Assembly: GCA_951406725.2 (NCBI GenBank)
Contig: OX597816.1
Coordinates: forward strand, 142,910,001 to 142,974,000
Length of the DNA stretch: 64,000 bases
Direction of reading: 5' to 3'
Source of the DNA: Octopus vulgaris
Lineage: Eukaryota
Below, piece by piece: positions 51,529 to 64,000 of this stretch (position 1 is its first letter; each line of letters begins with the position of its first letter). The position numbers were made by a program, and so were the translations under genes. A model generated the notes under the pieces. The model saw only the letters and a list, made by a program, of their open reading frames with translations, did no database searches and was not told where the DNA came from.

Positions 51529-51948
51529 TTAAGCCATTTGTTACCATATTTCTTATGACATACACTACCATTGTTTCAAGTAATTTTGAAAATAACAAAG
51601 AACTTAGTAATATAACTTTGATATTAACCCTTTCATTATCAATCCGGCTGAAACCAGCTCTGGCTCTGAGTACAAATGTCTTGTTTTTATAAGTTTTGAA
51701 TTAAAATCTTCCACCAAACCTTAGTCACAATTTATGTTCCTAACACTAGCTGAATGATAACTAAATTATTTTACTCAATTATTAGTTATATTTAAAGTAA
51801 TTGAAAGAAATGCAGAACATCTCAAAATAAATACAGTAACGAAAAGGTTGGAGCATAACTAAATATAAAATTTTAATTAAGTCACTTTAAAATGAGTTTG
51901 TGTCACAGAACTAGCTTAATGCCAGGCAAGTTGGTATCAAAAGAGTAA
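51529..51948. mobile_element. Nested TTAA (piggyBac-type) MITEs
   Basis: Outer element TTAAGCCATTTGTTACC...GGTATCAAAAGAGTAA. Inner element TTAACCCTTTCATTATC (51624)...GTAACGAAAAGGTT (~51849). Confidence 0.5.
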
Positions 51949-53589
51949 AAAACAAGATTTTGACAAAAGAAAGTGATTTCATTTGGAAACAAACAAAAAA
52001 TTACTTTACAGCCTAGTATATTTAAAATGATGCTGTTGTTTAGCTCTTGATCAACCATGATCAAGCAGACTTACAGTAAGTAGTATTCTAGATGTGGCTG
52101 TACAAGCTTTTGATAGATTATCCAGCAACCAATTGCCCCTCAACTCACACAATAGAATGTGAGTTGAAGGGGAACTGATTGCTACTTCTGGCAGGTCATA
52201 CCGAGGCTTTTACATTGGTTTAACAGTTAAAATGTATAACTGATTGTGAATTGATTAAATGATACTGTAAATTATACTAAAGCAGTAAATTAGCAGAAAG
52301 AGTGAAATGTTGGTCTAAATGTATTCCACTATTTAATCTTCACTCTAGTTCTCTTCACTGATTTTGTCCAAGAAGTACCAAAATATAAATGGTGGGGGTG
52401 TATGCAGAACTGATTATAAGGAATGAAATAAAATGTTTTCACAAAGAGACAGCCACCTAAAGCTAAATAAGGAACCAACCCCATGGATCCCAAATTACCC
52501 TGGCTACCAAGGACAAGTGGCTTCTCCCTGCAGTGTTCTCCAGTCTTTAGATACATGATGAAAATAGGCTCACCCACCTTTCAATAAATTCACAAGAGGG
52601 TATGAGAGTCAGTACATTCCTTTATTTTAGCTCTTTGATCCCTGTGGAGCATAGACCTTCAAAAACGTTTCTCCACTGTCCCCAACTATGGGCTGTCTTT
52701 TCTGCTTTTCTCCACTTAGATTCCTACTTTTTCAGTTGTCTTAGTTTTTAGGACATTCACTCTTCCACTCTGTTCAAACAGCATTAGAGCTCATCAACTT
52801 GCCTTCCAAAGTACATAAAACACTGACCAAGCATCCAGTAATGTCTTCTACTACAACCTTGGGCTGACCAATGATTTGTGAGTGGAACTGGCAGGTGGAA
52901 ACTAAGAAGAAACCCTTGTTTCATTTCTCTCCAGCCTTCAAACAACCTCTACATTCAATGTTCTTGTCTCATTACCATGCAGTATCACACTTCATTCACA
53001 AGTATCATACAATCTACACTTTGCTCAAAGAGAGAATCTCCTTGTTGCCAGCAACAGTAATAGCTCTCTGAACTTTCCCTGTCCTATTCTTATTCTGATT
53101 GCATCACAGCCGTGTCTATGTAGGTGCAGATATGGGTGTAAGGTTAAGAAGTTTGATTTGCAACCATGTGGTTTCAGATCCAGTCCCATTGCACAGCACC
53201 TTCAGAAAATGTCTTCTCCTATGGTCCAGGTTAATCAAAGTCTTGTAGGTGAATTTAATAGATAGAAAAGTGTCACATAATGAGAACCCATTCCAGCACC
53301 AGGTACCTGTGCTAGCACCACATAAAAAACATCCAGTACACTTTGTAAAGTGATTGCCATTAGGAAGGGCATCCAGCCATAGAAACCATGCCAAAAAAAC
53401 AGCTGGAGCCTGGTGCAGCTCTTTGGCTTGCCAGCTCCTGTCCTGTCAAAATGTCCAACCCATACCAGCTCGGAAAACAGATATTAAATGATGATGATGA
53501 TAATCATGATAAAACTGCATGGAAGCCAGTTGTATATATGTATAAGTACAGGATCAGATGGTGAACACACAGAAAAACTGTTGGCTTGC

Positions 53590-54228
53590 CAGTCCCCAAA
53601 ACATGTACCAAGAATGATAAAGATAAAACATCCAGTCGACATCATGCATGGTATTTGGAGTTATCATTAATGATGGGGACATTATGCCTCCATTCATCTT
53701 CCCACAAAGCCTCAGACTCAACATGGAGGACTACATCAAGTGCCTGGATGAGGTAGTGTTGTCCTGGGTCAAGAGGGTGGCTGCTAGAAGACCTTATGTC
53801 TAGCAACAGGAGTCTGAACCCATGCCACACAAGCAGGAGAACTCAGTCATTGCTGTCAGACAATTTCTGCAACCACACCACCCCTAACATCTGGCCACCT
53901 AACTCCACAGGCTGCAACCCCCTTGGTTATTATGTGTGGGGCGCAGTTGTGTGAGAGACCAACAAAACTCTTTGTAACATCAAAAATGAACTGAAGACAA
54001 GCATTATGGCAGCATTCACCAACTTAAACAAGGAGACCATCCAAAAGATCTTCAGGAGATTCTGAAGTTGTCTGGAAGCCATGGTTGAAGCAAATGCTGA
54101 GTTTATTGAATAAATTTACTCTTTAGTAGTTCAAGATATTTTTATGTAATTTTGATAAATGTATCTGTTAAAATGAGATGTCAGTGTTATTTTCATTTTT
54201 GCATAATTTAGACAATTTATTCACTGCA

Positions 54229-54232
<4 letters not shown>
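53590..54232 (+). mobile_element. Tc1/mariner (DD37D/maT-like) transposase 3' remnant
   Basis: Translation VFGVI..DGDIMPPFIFP..L...YIKCLDEVV..WV......Y..QQ....CHTS...Q.......IWPPNS..CNPL.YYVWG. Ends at (TA)n. Confidence 0.8.
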
Positions 54233-54288
<56 letters not shown>

Positions 54289-54491
54289 GAAATTTACAGA
54301 AAAATAAAAGACAAACAACAAACCGATGTATTAGTTTTATGCTTGGGAAGGTGAGAAAGTCTTTTATGTTTCGAGCCTACACTCTTCAACAAAAAGGAAT
54401 ATGAGGAAATAAACAGAGAGAATAAATAAAACTTTTGGAGCTAGCAGTCAATCATGGTGGCTATATATATATATATATATATATATATGTC

Positions 54492-54690
54492 TATAATTAT
54501 AATTAAAAGTACCGAAGAGGCACCACCATGCCAGAAATAGCAGTCAAAAGTAACTAATAGAACCACATCATGTATTCATATAGCACTGGTGATAAGATAA
54601 ATGAACAAAGAAATTAGTGGTTCTATAGTTAGTTTTGACTGCTATTTCTGGCATGGTGGTGCCTCTTCAGTACCCTTAATTATAATTATA
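54492..54690. mobile_element. Fold-back element (~75-bp arms)
   Basis: Arms 54492-54566 and 54617-54690 share GAAGAGGCACCACCATGCCAGAAATAGCAGTCAAAA in opposite orientations. Confidence 0.75.
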
Positions 54691-55974
54691 TTTATATTAT
54701 TATATACCTATAATAATTATTACCTATATGGAATTTTCCATGCAGGCCAATTGATATGATCATTATTTCAAATAAAGGTCATATCCTTTATATATATTAC
54801 ACACACACACACAATGGGCTTCTTTCAATTACTGTCTATCAAATCCACCCACAAGGCTTTGATTGCCTCAGAGCTATAGTAGATGACACTGGCCTAAGTT
54901 GTCATGCTGTAGAACTGAACCAGAGACCACATGGTTGAGAAGTAAGCTTCTCAACTACACAGCCATGCTTGCCTACACACACATATATACTATAATCCAT
55001 ACAAACAATAAAAACTGGATTCTTTCTTAGTGGCAGTCTGTAAAGAGAGACAGGCAATAAATCTTGCAGCTGCTGTTTAATGCTTTATATTTCAGTACAT
55101 TATTTTGTAATGGCACCAAACAATACAGTATAAACTGTTAGTTAACTTCTGGCTGCTGCAAGCAACATCAAGAAAAAAACAAATATGCACACACATGCAC
55201 TGATAATCATCTTGCTATAATATACTGTTTTAATGTTTGGTTAACTTTCGACTATTTTCAGCATTGGATCGTTTTTGTTTTTTATTATAGTGTGCAGTCA
55301 ATAGGGTTTTGTTAAATGTCATTGTTGCTGTTTGTCATTGTTCCTGTTGTTTTTGTCAACCATTCTTGTTGAATGTTATGGCTGTTTGCTTTTATTGTTT
55401 TATACCAATGATTTTGCGGTACTTCAACAAGATGGAGTGAGATTTGAAACCATTTGTTCATGATTACTTAATCTTTTATCATTTGCACAATCACGTGAGC
55501 AATGACAAGGTCTGTCCCATACACCTGGCAGCACCAATGGTGTGTCTCTGAGTTCCATGCACCTGGCAATACTAATTAGCTTGCTTAGTTTCCGCCAGAC
55601 AATTCATTTCATTACAGTTTATGGTTTATACACTTAAAACAGATTCTCCTTTTCTGTCTGTATTATTTTTCCTCTGGAAGAATATGAGAGGGGTGGTAAG
55701 AAGACATTGCAAGGGAAAGATGGGAACAGTCTCAAATAAACATTTGTTCAATGAAACAAATATATAAATAAGCATGTCTTATTTTGCAAACTTTTTAATG
55801 AAATTCTTTTTAATGTATCAAAGACTTAAAGACTATTTAATTCTTTTTGATTATTTGGGATGCTTTTTTTCCAGCCTCACAGACATAGATAATTATCAGC
55901 ACAGATCAACACACCAGGAAAAAAAGAACTAAGGAGATAAACAATGTAAGTCTAATAATTCTTAAGAATTTAAA

Positions 55975-57861
55975 ATATTGGGCGGTGCAGGTTATGGTCT
56001 TGTCACCAGCATTGTCAATCAGGTAGCTCATGAAGGAATCATACCCAATGACTGGTGTAGCAGCACCATAGTCAACTGCTACAAGGGTAAAGGTGATGCT
56101 TTAGATAGAAATAACTACAGGGGTATCAAATTATCAGATCAGGTGATGAAAGTTAGAGAGAGTCATAGCCCAACTAATTAAGGAGAGAGTTAGCCTAGAT
56201 GAGATGCAGTTTGGTTTTGTGCCAGGCAGAAGCACCACTGATGCTATATTTCTGTTAAGGCAACTGCAGGAGAAATATCTAGCCAAAGATAAACCTCTGT
56301 ACCTGGCTTTTGTTGACTTGGAGAAAGCCTTTGACAAGGTCCCCCAATCCCTTATCTGGTGGCCAATGCAGAAACTGGGGATAGACGAGTGGTTGGTAAG
56401 AGCTATACAAGCCCTGTACTGGGATGCTGTCAGTAAGGTGAGAGTTGGCAATGAATATAGTGAAGAATTCTGAGTAGAGGTAGGGGTTCACCAAGGATCA
56501 GTCTTCAGCCCCCTCTTATTAATTATAGTCCTCCAGGCAATAACAGAAGAATTCAAGACAGGCTGCCCTTGGGAGCTGCTCTATGCTGATGACCTTGCTC
56601 TAATAGCCAAATCACTGCCAGAACTAGATAAAGTTTAGGGTGTGGAAGCAAGGCATAGAATTGAAGGGATTTAGGGTTGACCTAGCAAAAACCAAAGTCT
56701 TAGTTGGAAGGCTGTCAAATCACAAACTCCTTCAGGTAGATGGCCCTGCTTGATCTGTAGAAAAGCATGGGTAGAAACTCCATAAGATGTACCCGGTGTA
56801 AGCTTTGGACACATCAAAGGTGGAGCAATAGGGGCAATAAACACTGAAGATGTTCAAAAAACAAATTCCATCATATGCCAGGGGGAGAAACTAGAAGTAG
56901 TAATAGCTTCCACAACCTCGGTGACCAAGTTTGTAGTGGGGGTGGATGCTCTGAGAGTGTAGAAGCTAGAGTAAGAGTAGCCTGGGCAAAGTTCAGGGAT
57001 CTCCTACCTTTGCTGGCAACTAAGGGCCTCTTGCTCAAGATGAAAGACTGTATGATGTATGGGCCATGACTTCCGAGAACATGTGTAGGCCTGAAAGAAA
57101 TGAAGATAGTATGTCCCACTGGATGCGTAATGTACCACTGGATACACACACACAACAGAGAGAAAAGTTGTGCATAACAAGCATCAAATGTGGTGTGCAA
57201 GAGAGACAACTATGCTGGTATGGTCATGTGTTACATATGGATGAGTGCAGGAGTGTGAGGAAGTGCCACTCCCTAACTGTGGAAGAGGTAGACCCAGGAA
57301 GACATGGTATGAGGTGTGAAGCATGACCTTCGAACATTGGGCCTCACAGAAGCAATAACAGGAGACCGAGACCTTTAAGATATGCTGTGATTGAGAAGAC
57401 CCAGCAACTAAAGTGAGATCGCAGCCATGGCCAATGCCAGTATTGCATGTCTGGCCCATTTAAGAGTACCCTTGATGTGTCAGGCGATATGATATGCTTG
57501 AGATCTATTGAGTCAAGTAAAACCAAAATCTTAGCCATTGCCAGTGCCCCCTGACTGGCTCCTGTTCCGGTAGCACATAAATATGTGGCCGATGCTAGTA
57601 GCCCCTGACTGGCTCCCATGTCAGTGGCATGTAAAAAGCACTATCTGAACATGACCAATGCCAGGCCTACCTGACTGGCTCCTGTGCTGGTGGCACGTAA
57701 AAAACACCCACAACACTCTCAGAGTGGTTGGCATTAGAAAGGGCATCAAGCTATAGAAACACTGCCAGATCAGATTGGAACCTGGTGCAGCTGCTGGCTC
57801 TCCAGACCTCAGTCAAGCCATCCAACCCATGCCAGCATGGAAAACAGACGTATGATGATGA
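55975..57861 (+). mobile_element. RTE-clade LINE, 5'-truncated and disrupted
   Basis: NYRGIKL, QFGFVPGRSTTDAIF, FVDLEKAFD, GVHQGSV.SP, LLYADDL and WYGHV motifs, then a 3' UTR with (GAT)n tail. Confidence 0.9.
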
Positions 57862-58319
57862 TAAGAATACTGATGTCTGGTCCAGTGGTTAGAACTTAGA
57901 ATAATTTTACCAAGTAAAGTTTTCAAACTCAATTCCTGGCTCAACTCTGGAATATCACTTGAAGATGATTGGATATAATGCTGATGGAAATGCTTGAGTC
58001 AACAATACATCCAAAATTATGAAATAGCCCAAAAAACAAACAGCATATAAAATAATTATTTATGAGATGATTAAATTTTGTATGTTTTACTTTTTAAATT
58101 GAATTTTTACTCAATTTCAAACTGAAACAACATTTCATCTTTCCAATCATAATATTATATTATAGATGTATTATTATTATTATTATTATTATTATCATTA
58201 ATGCTATAATTGAGATGTACAGTTTGCATTTAAAATTCTATTCCTTTAAATTTTTTCTATTCTCCACCCATTCTTTACCTCATTTAAAAACAAATTATTA
58301 AAAAAAAACAGAGACAAGC

Positions 58320-58365
<46 letters not shown>

Positions 58366-60164
58366 GAAACAAGAGTAGAGTATGCGTGAGAAAGATTGAC
58401 TGCTTTATTCGGAGAATGGGAACATGGAAATAAATTGATAATAATGATAACAATAATGATAATATTAATATAAAATGAGGTAAAACAAATAAGAAAAGGG
58501 AATTGGCAAAGTGCCAGGTCACCGAAAGATTTATGACTTCTAATCATTGATTCTGTACAGAAAGCAAATAGAGTAAGGGGGAAAAGATAAGGGTAAATGT
58601 GAGGTGGAACAGAGAGGGGTGGTGTTAAGATGCTGGGAGTCCAGCTAAATGAGAAGACAGCCCCTTACTCTTCAACCCTCCAAATACAATTGTTTTCTCT
58701 AAAATATTATGGAAGTAGTGGCTCTTCCCCAAGATATGCCGCATTTGGCTTGGTAAATGCACATACAGCATGGTAAATGTGACATGGCAAATAAAGAAAA
58801 GAGAAAACATTTTCCAATAAACAAGCAAGAGGAATATGTTATGTTAATCTAGTGTATTTAGTATTTTGTCAAGTTGTAATTATCTTGACCCTAGTCATTC
58901 CTGCTCCTGCATATCTATGATCAAAGATATTCCTGCCATGACCATCTATCCCATCTTGCTTTCAGACATAGCATATCTAAGATTGTATTTATATTATCCA
59001 ATGTGTCCATTTTTTGAAGAAAAGTAAGGTGTGACTTAGCTGTTGCTTAACCAATAAAAAAAGCCCCTTTTGCCTTTCAAAACTTAACAAATGGGCATTA
59101 CTGAATGCAAGGTAATTGACTCCAAGAATGTAATGTAGATGAATCCAAAATCAAACAAACTGTCATCTTTTTTTCCTCAGAAATGCAATAAGTGCTAATA
59201 ACTATTAATTTCAATTGGGGAAATACTGAAATTGCTTGATGCAACTGGCAGCACTGACACCAAAGAAGATTCAGAACAATTCTAAATAGCTCTCTTGAAA
59301 AGAAATTAACTAAAGAGGACACAGGTTAATGATTAACATGTTTGAATTGAAGATCTATGTTACTGTGGAAAGAAAGTTTTAAAACACGGTGGGAATAACT
59401 TGGAATAAATTCATAAAATCAAACTCTTGTATCGTAAGTTGAGTTTAGTTATGTCATTTTGGACAAGACTTCAAAACATGAAAGAATGTTGGAAAGTTGT
59501 GAATAAAACCAGGTAGGAAGATAAGGAGCTTAGTAGAAAAATGGTTTAAAAAAAACAAAACAGATAGACACAAACAGAAAAATAGGGAGGCTCTTAGAGA
59601 TAGAAGCAGACAGACTTATAGAAACAGTAATCTTGTCAAAATGTCTTCATATAGCAGCATGGAAGGAAGGTTGATGATGGTGATGGTGACTAGAGGAAAC
59701 CACATAGGGTTAGTGTTTATTTTGAAATAAAAAACCATATCACATGGAGTTGTTTAGTTCAAGGTCAGCTCATCAAAGACATTCCAGTTGTGTCTGTCCC
59801 ACCTTTTATTAAAAGATAAGAGTGGATTTGAGATAAACAATAAGGTTGTGAAGTAACTAAAATACTAATATACAGTAATAAAAAAATTTAAAAAGAGACT
59901 GTTTGCTCTAAAAAAAATATGTAGTTGTTTAGCCCAAGATCAGCCCTAATTAAGCTGAAGCACAAAGGTATTCCATTTGTAAATATCATGTTTTTCATTC
60001 TACATTATGTGTGCTTATTTTCAAATGCAGTACAGGTTTGTTTGTTAGGGATTTGATTACTATTTGTAACAGTCAAGAGATTAGGCAAAGCTTCTATTGC
60101 TGACTTATTAAATATATAGCTAAAAAAATGTGAAACATTACATACAAATAATAATAATAATAAT

Positions 60165-60712
60165 CCAGAAATGGTACAGACATGAACTAGAAGGAGTCAC
60201 TGAGAACAATGAATATAAGACACTGTGGGATATTATAATCCAATGTGACTCCTTAATAAATGATCAGAGACTAGATTTTGTTGTGGTAGATAAAGGAAAC
60301 AAAAATTATAGATACCTGGAGATGCACGCGTAAGTGAGAAAGAACTAGAAAAGATTGAAAAGTACAGACTACTAGAAGATGAAATTGCAAGAATGTGGAC
60401 TATGAGGTGAGTTCATTCCAGTAGTTGTAGGGGCACTAACAACCAATTTCAAAAAATGTGTCAAAGAAATCGAAATTAACATGAGAGCAGAGCAAGCCTA
60501 AAAACTGCTCTGTTGGGGACAGCTAGGATTTTGAGATTGGTACTTGGATGTTGAATGCCTCTCACGATAATTAACAACCAAGTATAATAAGCTTATAATG
60601 TGTGAAAATGAGACCCTGTGAGACTTCTGACAGCAGGCTGCTGTCTGCTCTCACAAAATCAACAAGAGCAAACATGATCGAGAGCTCTGAGAAGTAAAAC
60701 AATAATAATAAT
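60165..60712 (+). mobile_element. R4/Dong-like RLE retrotransposon 3' fragment in (AAT)n
   Basis: KWYRH...VTENNEYK.LWD..IQCD..I...R.D.VVVDK...EKELEKIEKY..L..EI.RMW...IPVVVGAL. (AAT)n on both flanks. Confidence 0.75.
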
Positions 60713-60719
60713 AGTAGTA

Positions 60720-61052
60720 ATATTTTAAATTTTGGCACAAGGCTAGCAATTTTGGGGGAGTACATCAACCCCAGTACTTTACTGGTACTTATTTTATCAA
60801 TCCCAAAAGGATGAAAGACAAATTTAACCTTGGTGGAATTTGAACTCAGAACATATAAGAGACAAAATGTCGTTAAGCATCAACGGCTTAAGTCAAATAC
60901 ATCTACCCCAATGCTCAAATGATACTTATTTTATCAACCCCGAAAGGATGAAAGGCAAAGTCAATCTTGGCAACATTTAAACTCAGAATGTGAAGACGAT
61001 GAAATACCACTAAGCATTTTTCCCAGCATGCAAACGATTCTGCCAGCTTGCC

Positions 61053-61085
<33 letters not shown>

Positions 61086-61292
61086 GTTCCTGATTTAGGT
61101 ATAAGGCCAGCAGTTTTGAGAGGAAGGAGTAGATTGATAGCACTGGCTCCAGTATTTGACTGGTATTTTATTTTATTGACACTAAAAGATGAAATGCAAA
61201 GCTGACCTGGGCAGCATTTGAACTCTCAACATAAAACAGAGAAACGCCACTCAGCATTTTGTCTAACATGCTAATAATTCTACCGCTCACTA
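60720..61292 (-). mobile_element. Cluster of Meta-like SINEs
   Basis: Three decayed copies of the 4368-5575 family separated by (AAT)n. Confidence 0.7.
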
Positions 61293-62540
61293 GCATGAGG
61301 CCTATGTGCAGACACACGCAGAAATATTGCTGTAAATGGGCAGTAAAGAATTTAAGAATTTATGCAGAAACAAAATGAAGGAAAAATTTAAGCATTTATC
61401 TTCGATATATTTCATTCAAATATAACAGCTTTACAAATGAAAAGTGCCAATTGTTTCAACCAACTAAAAATACAAAATATATAACTTGTTTGTTTATTGT
61501 GTATTCATTACTTGCAAACAATAATACTGTATGCAAAACAAGAAAGACAGACGATAACAAAAAAAAAACCAAAGTGGTAAAGATTCTTTTACAAATTAGC
61601 AGCAATAGAACTTATTTTTCATTCATCAGCCCTCTAAATTGTTTTGTTTCTCCTGTCTAGTTCTTATATCTTAACACATATCAAGATTAATTACGCCAGC
61701 TGTTATCTAGCTGAAGAAGAAAAAAAAAAGGAAAAAATGGAACCAATTCATTTCTTGCTGACTGACATACAACTTTTCTCAGAAAGTTAAAGAAAAAACA
61801 AAGAAACTCGTATCAAGCCAATCATGTGAAAGTGTATGCATATATGAATACACACACACTTGTGTAAACACACTACCTTATATTAAAGATGGAGTATATT
61901 AGCAGTGACATTAGATTTTATATAAGATGATTAATAAGTGGAGGTAAGAGCACCTCATGATATTTGCTCCAAATTTCTGCACTCTGAGTTCAGATCCCAA
62001 CGAGGTCAGAATTTAGGCATCAGTGTGTTAGAGGAATGTAAGAGGTATCTTGTAGTACATGTCCTGGCCCTCTGCTTTCTGACAGCAATGTCTGCAATGA
62101 TTATGATGTCAAGCGGTGCCTGGGACAGCATCAATTGCATGAAGAAAAGAAATTTGAATGCAAGTGTAACAACTTATATTCACAAAACCATGTCCAGGTC
62201 TGCACATACAAATGTTGATAAATGGCTAATTCTGAGTAATGGACAAATGAGAATGCATTTCTACTCTTATATATCATCATCATTTTAACACCCATTTATG
62301 GAAAAATGCTTGCAGGGGACAGGCGAAATTTGTTAAGGCAGATTCTCTATGGCCAGATGTTCTTCCTATCACCAACCTAAATCCATTTCCATGTAAAGAT
62401 ATATATTTCCTCATAGTCAGATATGTTTTCATGGAAGATTGTAAACAAAAGACACCACTTGTATGATGGTAGCATTCATTTACAGCTATCAGGTAATGTG
62501 AAAACAAGTAGACACTAACACACACATATATAACATAAAT

Positions 62541-62952
62541 ATATGCATATAAACATACATATATGTACATACCTACATATATATGTATATATACATGCAT
62601 ATATGGGTACAGGACATCAAAAAACCATTGAACACAATGAGAAACGAAAACATAAAAGTAAAAACATGGAAACGAACTTTTTTTTGAACAACGAAATAAA
62701 AAACAGAGAAGTCTTTGCCTTCGAAACATGGAGTAGTTGAAACAGGAACAACTGAAGAAGGGGAATATTCTTTATGTTGTATGTCTCGTTTCTCTGGGTT
62801 TTTTTTTTCGTTGTTCGAAAAAAGTTTGTTTCAATGTTTTGGTTTTTATGTTTTTTGGGCTCAACGTTTTTTTTGATGTCCTGTATCCATTTATGTATGC
62901 ACATATACATATATATGTAGGTATGTACATATATGTATGTATATATGCATAT
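62541..62952. repeat. Inverted repeat (~165-bp arms, ~78-bp spacer)
   Basis: TACAGGACATCAAAAAA...CAACGAAA...CAGAGAA versus TTCTCTG...TTTCGTTG...TTTTTTGATGTCCTGTA. Confidence 0.8.
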
Positions 62953-62997
62953 ATTTATATATTATTTATATTAGTACATGATCGAATGCCACACATC

Positions 62998-63181
<184 letters not shown>

Positions 63182-63924
63182 TATATATATATATATATAT
63201 ATATATATGCGAAAAGCTTCTTTCAGTTTCTGCCTAACAAATTCATTCACAAGGCTTTGGTAAGCCCAGGTGCAAGAGACTTGTCCATATTTATGAGAAG
63301 ATTTTGGAAGTATAATACAGAATGAGAAGTGTGTGTGTATGTGTGTGCATTGGCTTTTGTGTGTAAAGTTGTTTGTATACTTTGTAATTTTCCATTTCAG
63401 TTGCATATGTGCAATTTTGTTGGGTTTGTCATGTATTGCACATGTGTGCATGTAAAAGCAAGCATGAGAACAGAGTATAAAGTAGTGGGATCACATTATC
63501 TAATGTGTCATTTTAAGATGGTGGGGTGAAATTTGGAAGAGATTTGGCTACTATTTCTAGCTAGTGTGTGTTAATTTTTTTGAAGTCTTGCAACCTATTC
63601 TATCACATATTTTTGCTGAACAGCTAAGTTATAGAGTCATAAACAAACCAATGCTAGTTGTCAGGTAATAGTGGAGGAGGGGCAAACAAGCACATACAAA
63701 TATATATACATGCATACATACATACATATGTAAATAATGGACATCTTTCAGTTTCCATCCATCAAATCTACTCACAAGGATCTAGTTGGCCTGGGACTGC
63801 AGTAGAAGACATTTGCCCCAGGTGCCACACAATAGGACTGAGCCTGGAACCATGTGATTGAAAAGCAAACTTCTTACCATACATCTACACTTACGCCTAT
63901 ATACACACACACACACACATATAT

Positions 63925-63971
<47 letters not shown>

Positions 63972-64000
63972 CACACACACATACACATACATACAAACAT

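Noticed and set aside
55300-55675. Exon after a good minus-strand acceptor near 55674
   Set aside because: No sustained open frame or donor identified.

Overview
AT-rich, microsatellite- and retroelement-dense animal genomic DNA. The SINE/RTE repertoire and a single-exon C2H2 zinc-finger gene suggest an octopus or other coleoid cephalopod (inference, not verified). Supported content: one intact 436-aa C2H2 zinc-finger gene (41411-42721, -); a few probable spliced exons of uncharacterised genes (- strand); a 5'-truncated, disrupted RT + restriction-like-endonuclease non-LTR retrotransposon of HERO type (from about 5623); many RTE, CR1, R4/Dong-like and Tc1/mariner fragments; tRNA-derived SINEs; and many fold-back (inverted-repeat) elements. 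Top observations: (1) the HERO 3' UTR holds a complete set of hammerhead-ribozyme core nucleotides and helices in a non-circularly permuted, pseudoknotted order (8864-8929); (2) a 19-bp direct repeat brackets the HERO element plus about 2.3 kb of downstream DNA, suggesting 3' transduction; (3) a palindromic element joins a tRNA-derived head to a Penelope-type minimal hammerhead, and decayed hammerhead-like cores recur in other fold-backs. All structures were read by eye. No database search or folding program was run.
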